DNA of 64,000 bases from positions 320,001 to 384,000 of the forward strand of contig JASGHG010000001.1 of NCBI GenBank assembly GCA_047602425.1. The letters run 5' to 3'. Position 1 is the stretch's first letter. Every line of letters starts with the position of its first letter. Source of the DNA: Nibricoccus sp. (GTDB taxonomy: Bacteria > Verrucomicrobiota > Verrucomicrobiia > Opitutales > Opitutaceae). The position numbers and the translations under genes are program-made. Under the pieces are notes generated by a model. It saw only the letters and a program-made list of their open reading frames with translations. It ran no database searches and was not told the DNA's origin. Shown here piece after piece: positions 20,101 through 28,411 of the stretch.

Positions 20101-20875
20101 CTATCCAGAGGTTGTAGGCCTCAAGATTCGTGAAGCCGGATCCACTGGCCACGCCCTGTGCAGCGTCCGCAGGATTGTATGGGTCCAGACCGTATTGCTG
20201 CTCCCAACCATTGGGAATGCCATCGCCGTCCTGATCGCGATTGGGATCCAAGGTGAACGTCACCACATAGGTTGCAGACCAGGCGGAGTCGGCATAGTTG
20301 CCAGAGGCCAACCGCATCACCCTGAAAATCACAGTGCCAGCACGAGAAACGGTGATGCGACCATCGCTCGTCACAGAGGCACCCAACGCGCTTCCGCCAC
20401 CTACCAATTGGAAAACATAAGCCCCGCTTCCCGAGCCTCCTGTGGCCACAGCCTGAAAAGTATCGCCTACAAAGGCCGAACCATCAGCACTGCCAACGGA
20501 GTCTTGATAGGACTGGGGTTGCGTAATCGCAGTCGAAGCAACAATTGAATTATCCATTCTTGAACCACCCATAGGCGTGGTTGCCCAGCCCTCCGCACGA
20601 AAGTTTACGGTCTGCACACCGTTATCTGTACTCGTATAACTGGTAGCCACTGTATAGCTACCCAAAGCACCTCCACGACCATACGACGCGACCTGAGCGC
20701 CATTCTTGTAAATATAGACATAGGCGGCAACACATGATGTATTTGTTTGGGATGCGGCCAATGTATAACTTTGCCCAGAGGTGGCAGAGGCTGGAGGTGG
20801 CGTTGTCCAGCTTACGTTCGCCGCAACGTCAAATGCTGCGAATACAGTAACAATCAAAGTAATTATCTTTTTCAT
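14105..20875 (-). CDS. Rhs/YD-repeat polymorphic toxin-like protein (2256 aa) with signal peptide
   Basis: Many YD repeats; core end [44 protein letters not shown]; TSP3-like [12 protein letters not shown]; about 288-aa variable C-terminus. Confidence 0.93.
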   Translation of the reverse strand: [2256 protein letters not shown]

Positions 20876-20887
20876 GACAGATCTCCG

Positions 20888-21961
20888 TTATAAACCCAGC
20901 CGGGATAGTTTCGCTTCGATATTCTCCAATCCACGGACGTCGTGGATTGTGCCATCGGTCGCGGTCAAATAAACAGCTGGTGCCTCGACCGCTCCGAGTC
21001 GGTCAGCCAAATCACCCTCCAAGCCCCCGCAAACATAGATCAGCCGCCCGGGCAATTTGTGTTCTGTGCCGGCTGACTTGGCTCTATTTAAATCGGAGTC
21101 GATGCAGATCCCGATTACATTCGCTTTCTCCAGATTTCGTGCAGCCAGCATCTCGGCGAACCTTACGCTGTCGGGATTCCAAGTTGCCCAGAAATAAATT
21201 ACCCCCGGTTTACCCTCCTGCCATTTTATCTCCGTTTCGCCTAAAACCGATCCACTCACCAGTCCGGTGATGGTTTGTCCAACCAAGGTATGTCGAGTAA
21301 CCAAACGCCTTGCCTGTTTGCGAACAATTTCTGGTCCTGCGGAGCCTGCAACCTCGCGCGCAATCGCAAGAGCGCTGGCAGATTCTCGCTGCATCGATTG
21401 GGTGAGCAGCGAAATATAGCCCTGGGGTTGATCTGGGAATTCCTCTATCAATCGACGTGCTACTTGCTCATATTCACGCACCAAGTCTGCTTCCGATCGG
21501 ATACGATCTCTCGCCATTTGGAATTCGTAAGTTCCGGCGACGATGGCTCGCTGCGAGGAAGGAATCGAAACATCGCCACGAAACTCCTTTACCGCGGCTT
21601 GCATACGCAAATCGGAAGATTTTTGTCCTTCAGCGACTGCATCAAGGAGAAGCAATGCCTCCAATTTGCGCGCTTCTACAGCCTGACAATGCTTTTTGTG
21701 CGTTAGGTAAAATGACCTTGCACGGTCTGCTTTGACGAGAATCGCCAGGGAATCGCTTTGAGGTTGCTGCAAAAAAGATCGAAGGTGCCTCCATGAGGAA
21801 TCCGCATCTTCAATGTCACGCGATGATGGTGGAGTGACCACATTCTGATTGCTCAGATAATCAATGGTGCTGATGGCAGCGTTTCCCTCAGCACAAACAA
21901 CGGGAAGGGCCAATATCGGAGCGCACAGGCAAAGGACAAGGATACGCAGATGCGTTCTCAT
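20888..21961 (-). CDS. Exported TlpA/thioredoxin-fold protein lacking CxxC
   Basis: GKPGVIYFWATWNPDS (WCxxC replaced), VIGICID, cis-Pro-like APAVYL..DG; signal peptide from MRTHLR. Confidence 0.75.
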   Translation of the reverse strand: MRTHLRILVLCLCAPILALPVVCAEGNAAISTIDYLSNQNVVTPPSSRDIEDADSSWRHLRSFLQQPQSDSLAILVKADRARSFYLTHKKHCQAVEARKLEALLLLDAVAEGQKSSDLRMQAAVKEFRGDVSIPSSQRAIVAGTYEFQMARDRIRSEADLVREYEQVARRLIEEFPDQPQGYISLLTQSMQRESASALAIAREVAGSAGPEIVRKQARRLVTRHTLVGQTITGLVSGSVLGETEIKWQEGKPGVIYFWATWNPDSVRFAEMLAARNLEKANVIGICIDSDLNRAKSAGTEHKLPGRLIYVCGGLEGDLADRLGAVEAPAVYLTATDGTIHDVRGLENIEAKLSRLGL

Positions 21962-22172
21962 AGAGAAAATGAGGCTTTTGTTAATGATGCAGTCCATATC
22001 CTACCCCACCGCGCCAAGTCACCCGCCAAGGGTCTCCCGCGTGAAAAAAGTCGATTGCTGGATTGCTTCGAAAGCACCGAACCAACTGCTTGAAGTCAAT
22101 ATCTTTCTTCCGATTTCGTGATAACGATTTTTTCGCCGACTTGGTGACGGCAAATTTTAGTGCACTTGAGAG

Positions 22173-22208
22173 AAAAAACCCGGCAGAGTTTTTTAGACTC
22201 TGCCGGGT
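22173..22208 (-). terminator. Rho-independent terminator
   Basis: ACCCGGCAGAGT / ACTCTGCCGGGT stem, A-run at 22173-22178. Confidence 0.7.
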
Positions 22209-22217
22209 ATTTATGGA

Positions 22218-22577
22218 TCAGCTTTTGGTTTCGGCTGCTTTCCTTGAGCCAGCCTTTTTACGATCACTACTGCGCACGCCGCCGGCTTGCTCGTACTGTG
22301 TCGAGTCGGGGCCGTAGACTGCGCGGAAACCGCTGCGAACTCGCGTGATCATCGTGCGCAACACGGATGCCGCGGCGTCACGCTGATTAGCCAGATCGAT
22401 CATCTCGAGGCGCTTGGCCTCTACTTGTTCGCTCAACTTCACAGCTTTGCTCTGTGACTCGACAAACTGGGGCAATGTCATGTCACCGAGTGAAAAACCC
22501 GGATTGGCTGCCCAAGTATCGGCGTTTTTCTGAGCATCGATGTTCATGCGGCTAATGGTGGTAGGTCCTGCCTTCAT
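22218..22577 (-). CDS. Hypothetical helical protein
   Basis: 119-aa ORF with coiled-coil character, YGPDSTQYEQAGG motif, followed by a terminator. Confidence 0.75.
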   Translation of the reverse strand: MKAGPTTISRMNIDAQKNADTWAANPGFSLGDMTLPQFVESQSKAVKLSEQVEAKRLEMIDLANQRDAAASVLRTMITRVRSGFRAVYGPDSTQYEQAGGVRSSDRKKAGSRKAAETKS

Positions 22578-23490
22578 AGTATTTTGTATTTATTTCGAGT
22601 GAACCGTGTTTGATGGAAGCAGCGCCCTGGTTCAGGAGCGCAGGCTTGTGGTTGACAGGTCGGTGTCACGAGACTGGCAATTTGTGCGCTAGAATCGTTT
22701 CCACGACCTGAAATTTAGCTATGTTTGTTGGTTTTAATGAAAATTGCCCGCATGCGACCGGTTCTCGTGACAGAAGATGAGGCCTGCTGGTAAAACGACA
22801 GCCTAACTTCATATGAGCGCGTCACGGCGCAAGGGCGTGGTCGTCCCATCCAGTCCAAACCATATGAGTACGTTGGCGTGCTTTGTGGCTCCGCGGGATT
22901 CAGAGACGGAGGAATCCAGTTACTCGATGGTCTTTTTTACTCAATTCATGCTCCGCTCGACAGATGAGCGTCTCCACTTATGTTGTAGCGTGCTCCACTT
23001 GGCTTCGGTGACGTCTTCTCATCTTTGAGCAAGGCGTGATTCTAGTTCGTTGGCGTGCGTTTTGGAGACGCTCGCGAGCGCAATGACTTCGTTCGTGCGC
23101 GTACCGAATTGTTTCCTGCCCCTACTAAATTGGAAAAGGGTCCCGCCCGCTTCGTTTGTAGGTCGCCCGAAGAGGAGAACGCTTGCTTCAAAAGACAAAC
23201 CCTTTCGCAAGCGTACTGCATTCCCCGGACAATCTGTTTTGTATTTTCAAACCTTCAAAGAACGATGTCGGAGGTTCTTGTGAGGTTATATATATGCTAG
23301 AGCCATCGGAGCTCGGATCATATTGATCCACTAAAAAAGAACCTTCGACACCTTCTATTTTATGAATTTGTCGTGCGATGTTACAAAACACCCCAAACCA
23401 TTAGCCAACGCCACATTGTGAATGAGGATTCTTAATCCTCTTCGACCTTCGAAGCTCGATGCAACTCAAAGGCGATAGCACGCCCTTCGC

Positions 23491-25275
23491 CTACCAACCG
23501 CGGATCGAAATGAGGATCTCGGCGCCTTCGACGCCTGGGGCAGCGTGGATTTCGCCGCCGTGCAGGCGGATGATTTCCTTGGCGATAAATACGCCAATGC
23601 GGCCGTGGCTGGGGATGTCGCCTGGTTCGGGCAAGGGCAACACGCCTTCGAGTTCCATCTTCTCGCCGTTGATTGCCACCACCGCAGTAAGGTGTTCGCC
23701 CTCGCCCGCAGCGCGCAATTGAACCGTCAGTCCGCGTTTGCCGAACTCGGGGCGATTTTCGATCACGCTTTCGAGGATGGCTTGGACCGCAAATTCGATC
23801 AGTACGGGCACTACGCTCAACGCGAGTTCCTGTGCGCCGACCTCGACGGCGATCTCCATTTTTTCGCCAAGCTCCGTCAAAACACCGCGTAAATCAGCGG
23901 GCTCGGGATCGACTTCGCGGAAGGTCGGGATCGAGGCCAGGTGGCGATTGATGGTTTCGAGATTGGCGATATCGCGTTTGATGGCCGCGAGCAGAACCGG
24001 CGAGTTTGTCTCTGCGCCCGGGTTATGGCGCAGCGCGATAAGCGAGACGAGAGAGTTGCCCAGCTCGTGATTGAGCGTGAGCGCGAGATCGTGGAGCAGC
24101 GCCAGGCGGTCGAGGCGTTCGCGATGGCTGCGTTCGTGCAGTTCGGCACTGGCATCCTCCCAGCAGACCCAGATGCTGCCGGTTTCGGCGATGAGACCGG
24201 CGCTGATACGATACGGCTGGTTCGGTGCGGGCAGGATCCGCTTGGTCTCGTGGGACTGTCTCACTTCGCCAGCCACTGTGCGCACGATCAACGGGAGCTC
24301 GCGCGAAGGTAGTTCGTCGGAATCGAGGATGAGGAATTTCGGGAAATATTTTTCACCGCTGCGCCAGCGCGCCTGTTGCCGAACCAATTGGTCGACCTCG
24401 CCGGTGCGCTGCATGAACTGCCGGAGAATTCGCGCAAATACGATTAATCGCGCGCGGTCCGCACTGTCGTACGGCAAGCCATCATCCCGCACGCCGAGCG
24501 CGATCAGCCCTTCGATGCGGCCGTTGTCATGCACGGGCACGATGAGACGCGCCGACCAGAGCATCAGACGGTGGCGCACCGCCATTTCAGCCATGGGATC
24601 GGGCGAGCCGGGCCATTCGGCTCCGTCGAGGATCGCGGGATGTTTTGCGAGATAGGCCAGTAGCGGATCGTTCGACGGACAAACGTACGCTCCACGATCC
24701 GATTTTAAAACGTCACCCTCGGGCAGGAAGAAGAGCACGTAGGAAGCGTGCAGCAATTGTTTCGCCGCCCGGCGAAATTCCGCCAGCAACGGTTCGCGCG
24801 CTCCGATGTGTTCAGCTGCGGCTTCGAGAAAATCCCAGACGTGAACAGCCTCGCCCGTTCCGCCCGCAACTTTCATCGGCGGGCGCGAACCTTCGTTGCG
24901 ACGGGCTTTTTCGGCGAGTACCTCGACCGCGGCGGAACGCTCGGCGATTTCCTCAACCAACGGCAAGAACTCGCGCAAACGGCTGCGACTTTCCTCGTAA
25001 CTGAGATAGATGCGCGCCCTTCCGCTTTTGCGGGCATGTTCGAAGGGCAGGCTTCCCGGTTCGCCCACGAAAATGGTCGGACACTTTTCCAGCCCGACAG
25101 GCAGCTTCGCTTCACATGATGCATCGAGCACCACCACCACCGGCACGCCCGGCGGCAAAGGCGTCGGCAGAAAGGATTCCTTCAAAGTCGCGACCGACCG
25201 TCCAGCCGCGACCAAGCCCCACCACGTGCGTAGTAGGTCAGAATCCTCGGTTGCTAGGAAGTGGGTCGCGGACAT
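23491..25275 (-). CDS. Degenerate histidine-kinase-like protein (REC-like/GAF/HisKA/degenerate HATPase)
   Basis: H-box LNHELGNSL retained; no DxGxG G1 box; GAF-like LIVPVHDNGRIEGLIALG. Confidence 0.8.
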   Translation of the reverse strand: MSATHFLATEDSDLLRTWWGLVAAGRSVATLKESFLPTPLPPGVPVVVVLDASCEAKLPVGLEKCPTIFVGEPGSLPFEHARKSGRARIYLSYEESRSRLREFLPLVEEIAERSAAVEVLAEKARRNEGSRPPMKVAGGTGEAVHVWDFLEAAAEHIGAREPLLAEFRRAAKQLLHASYVLFFLPEGDVLKSDRGAYVCPSNDPLLAYLAKHPAILDGAEWPGSPDPMAEMAVRHRLMLWSARLIVPVHDNGRIEGLIALGVRDDGLPYDSADRARLIVFARILRQFMQRTGEVDQLVRQQARWRSGEKYFPKFLILDSDELPSRELPLIVRTVAGEVRQSHETKRILPAPNQPYRISAGLIAETGSIWVCWEDASAELHERSHRERLDRLALLHDLALTLNHELGNSLVSLIALRHNPGAETNSPVLLAAIKRDIANLETINRHLASIPTFREVDPEPADLRGVLTELGEKMEIAVEVGAQELALSVVPVLIEFAVQAILESVIENRPEFGKRGLTVQLRAAGEGEHLTAVVAINGEKMELEGVLPLPEPGDIPSHGRIGVFIAKEIIRLHGGEIHAAPGVEGAEILISIRGW

Positions 25276-27218
25276 GGAAGCGTAATGCGGAAGGTCGCTC
25301 CGCGCCCCTGGACGGGCGGATCGACCGTGATGCTCGCATGAAGACTAGACAGGATGTCTTTGCAAATTGCTAGCCCTAAGCCGAACCCGCTGGATTTAGT
25401 AGATTGGAAGGGTTGGAACAGTCGCCCATAAACCTCGGGTGATATCCCCGGCCCACTGTCTTCCACCGTAACCTCCACAGTATCAATATTTTTTGTCGTC
25501 CTCAGTTTAATCCAACGGTCGTTCTTCGTTTGTTCGACGGCTTGGATCGCGTTAAAGGTTAAATTCAGTATAACCTGTTTTACTGCATTTGGATCTGTCA
25601 TTACAACGTCAGAAGCTGCCATGAAATCCTGATTTAGCTTCACCGCGCGATCACTGGCCTTCGCGGCCACCAGATCGACGCAGGAACTTAGCAGGTGATG
25701 CAATTTAACTGCTTTAACCGAGTAGACGCGGGGCGCCGAAAGATCGAGTAATTGCTCCGTCAACCGGTCGATCCGACCGACTTCGTCGCCGATCAAACGG
25801 AAAAACTTTTCGCGGAAGGCCGCATCTTGATGGTTCTCCGGCAGGAGTTGGACAAAGGTTTTGATCGTCACCAGCGGGTTGCGGATTTCGTGGGCGATGC
25901 TGGCGCCGAGCATACCGACGGTGGCGAGTTGTTCGGCATGTTGCGTCTGCTTAAGATAGCGCGCACGAGAAAGGGCATTTTCCATCGTCGTCGCCACCTC
26001 GCTCAATCGCGTGATCAACGGATAAGTGTATGGTTTCCGCGTGCGCGTCGGCCCAAGGGCCACGACGAACGACAGCGTTGGACCCGGATTCGCCACCAGC
26101 ACGGCAAACTGATGCTCGCGCATAAATTCCTTCAAGGTCCCGGCTCCCGCCAAACCGGTTTTGCGTTCGAGCCGCTCCGGTGTGACCCAATGCAAAGCGT
26201 GCAAAGCCACGAGCGCCGGGTGATCAGAGGGAAAGTCGAGCCCTCCCCCAGCCAGTCGACTTTGCGAACCCATCAGCAAAACCGCGCGGTCCGTCAGCAT
26301 GCGCTCCTTCAAAGCCGCCACAAAAGCGTCCTCGAGCGCCTCCGGCCTCAATTCCCGCCCGGTGATGGCCAGAATGGCCTTGCGGAGCTGCGACTGCCTC
26401 GATTTTTGCCGAATCACGCTCCTGAGCCAAGGATGCAGTTCGGCGGCAAACCACAATCCAGTCGATACCGACAATACATAGGCCGTGCCCACATGCATGA
26501 ACAACACCGCCAGTTGTTGCACGCTCCACACAAACATCACCACCAGCGCGACCATCGCCAGCCGCTCCACCACCGAGGACAAAATGTGCCGGGCGTCCAA
26601 GACCTTGCTCGAGGTCAACGCCCAGGTCGTGGCAATACAAAGCGTCAGCACCAGCAAGGGCATGAGTTCGAGGATCACGGGTGCTTCAAACCATGCGCCC
26701 GCCGCGATCAAACCGAGGGCCATGGCCGTACCTGAACCGACGCCCAGGTGTAAAATCTGAAACTCCATCCGTCGGACGCCGCTCAGGTCCTTGAGCCGGC
26801 TCAACGCCACTCCAATTTGCAACCCTCCACCCAACGCGCAGGCCAGAAGAAACAGACCCCGTTGTTCAGCCGTCGCGTCGAGCAGGCAGGCCCAGGCGCC
26901 CATCGCGACAAAAAAAGCCAGCCAGCCACGTCCGACGCGAAGGAAAGACCTCCAGTCGACGACGCCCTTCAGCACCACCTCTTGCAGCAGAGCCGCATGC
27001 GCCGGCATCGCCACCATCAAGATGGCCGCGACCCGCAACCAGCCCATTGACACCAAACCGTCCCGGCTCAACAGGAAAAGCGAAAACAGCCAACACCCCA
27101 CATGACCGCAGGCGAAAAACAACGCGCGATTCAGCATTCGCCCTGGATTTGTCCACATGGCCACCACGCCGGTGATGATCGCTGCGATTGCCGCCCAAAG
27201 TGCCGTGTTGAAAGTCAT
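25254..27218 (-). CDS. Multi-TM sensor histidine kinase
   Basis: About 8 TM segments; IAHEIRNPL, NLTFNAIQA, VEDSGPG, FQPFQSTK, GFGLGL. Confidence 0.92.
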   Translation of the reverse strand: MTFNTALWAAIAAIITGVVAMWTNPGRMLNRALFFACGHVGCWLFSLFLLSRDGLVSMGWLRVAAILMVAMPAHAALLQEVVLKGVVDWRSFLRVGRGWLAFFVAMGAWACLLDATAEQRGLFLLACALGGGLQIGVALSRLKDLSGVRRMEFQILHLGVGSGTAMALGLIAAGAWFEAPVILELMPLLVLTLCIATTWALTSSKVLDARHILSSVVERLAMVALVVMFVWSVQQLAVLFMHVGTAYVLSVSTGLWFAAELHPWLRSVIRQKSRQSQLRKAILAITGRELRPEALEDAFVAALKERMLTDRAVLLMGSQSRLAGGGLDFPSDHPALVALHALHWVTPERLERKTGLAGAGTLKEFMREHQFAVLVANPGPTLSFVVALGPTRTRKPYTYPLITRLSEVATTMENALSRARYLKQTQHAEQLATVGMLGASIAHEIRNPLVTIKTFVQLLPENHQDAAFREKFFRLIGDEVGRIDRLTEQLLDLSAPRVYSVKAVKLHHLLSSCVDLVAAKASDRAVKLNQDFMAASDVVMTDPNAVKQVILNLTFNAIQAVEQTKNDRWIKLRTTKNIDTVEVTVEDSGPGISPEVYGRLFQPFQSTKSSGFGLGLAICKDILSSLHASITVDPPVQGRGATFRITLPCPRPTS

Positions 27219-28372
27219 GGTGTAAGCAAAAGACAGGAAACGGCTCCGTTGGGATCTCGCGTGGATAGCAACGTCGCGCGCGAGCCCAACTGGCGGACGG
27301 TCGGACTAAGATTCAAAGGGCAGGACGGATCGGGATGACGCCAGTTCACAGTGGGAGCGATCAGGGAGTGTTTCATGCCGAGGGCCGCACATCCAAGTTG
27401 AATCGCACCCGCGCCGCCAAGTGCATTCCCGACCGCTCCTTGAATAGCCGCGACCGGCATTGCAGCCAGATGAGAGCCAAAAACGCCTTTCAAGCCCTGC
27501 GTTTCGGCACGATCCAGGGCCTTCTGTCCCACGCCGTCGGCATAGAGACAATCGACATCAACCGGTCGCAACCGGGCATTGCCCAACGCGAGTCGCGCGG
27601 CTTCGCCGAAGCCGGACCACGATGCCGAACTTTTATCAATCGCCACGCCCACACCCGCCACCCGCGCAATACGTGGGCGGGAACTGCTTTCCGGCTCCAA
27701 CACGAACATGCATCCACCTTCGCCGGCCAAACCTGCGCCGCGCCAAAGATCGAAGGGACGGCAATGCAATTGCGGTTCATCCGCATGCCCGGCCGACAAA
27801 CCCAGGCTGCGCATTTCCTCCAGAATTACCGGTTGAAACGGAACGTCCACCCCGCCGCAAATCGCCAGATCGGCCGCACCGCTTGCGACCTGCGCGGCAG
27901 CATGCCCCACCGTCGCAAGTCCGGAAGCAAAATACGCAGGCGCCGTCGGCATGGTCCCGGCTCGAACCCAGCGCGCCACCACCTCCTGCGTGCGGCCTGA
28001 GTTAGGCGAACCATTAGCCACCGGCATAATCCGCCCGCGCTCCGCGGCGGGACTAGCCAATACGACGAGCGGTTTCCGAGCGCGCACCTCCGCCAGGGCC
28101 AGACCCGCATCCCGCAGCGCCAGCATGGTCGCCGCCAGCGCGAACTGCACATGGCGCGTGCTGTTTAGATAAACCGCATCCACTGCATGCGCCCCAAGGC
28201 GAAAGTCCGGCACCAACGCGGCAGCTACTGCGCGCGCTTCGCGGCCTTCGCCGATCCGCGTGGCAACGGCGCGCGGCTTGTTTTGAAATATGCCGCGAAG
28301 AAAGGCCTCGTGGCCCGTGCCGGCGGGCGTGACCGGACCTATTCCCGTGATGTTGACCCGGCGCTGAATCAT
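27215..28372 (-). CDS. Beta-ketoacyl-ACP synthase II-like protein without catalytic residues
   Basis: RRVNITGIGPVTP, AICGG, CRPFD, GEG, APTVN..PDP fold motifs; Cys/His/His positions read F (YFASG), D (YADG), N (GNALG). Confidence 0.85.
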   Translation of the reverse strand: MIQRRVNITGIGPVTPAGTGHEAFLRGIFQNKPRAVATRIGEGREARAVAAALVPDFRLGAHAVDAVYLNSTRHVQFALAATMLALRDAGLALAEVRARKPLVVLASPAAERGRIMPVANGSPNSGRTQEVVARWVRAGTMPTAPAYFASGLATVGHAAAQVASGAADLAICGGVDVPFQPVILEEMRSLGLSAGHADEPQLHCRPFDLWRGAGLAGEGGCMFVLEPESSSRPRIARVAGVGVAIDKSSASWSGFGEAARLALGNARLRPVDVDCLYADGVGQKALDRAETQGLKGVFGSHLAAMPVAAIQGAVGNALGGAGAIQLGCAALGMKHSLIAPTVNWRHPDPSCPLNLSPTVRQLGSRATLLSTRDPNGAVSCLLLTP

Positions 28373-28411
28373 CCGAGTGCGCGTTATTTTGTCCTTGGCC
28401 GTCGGTTTTTG

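Noticed and set aside
27215..28372. Type II PKS or fatty-acid biosynthetic cluster
   Set aside because: No active KS, ACP, reductase or cyclase nearby; the neighbours are kinases.
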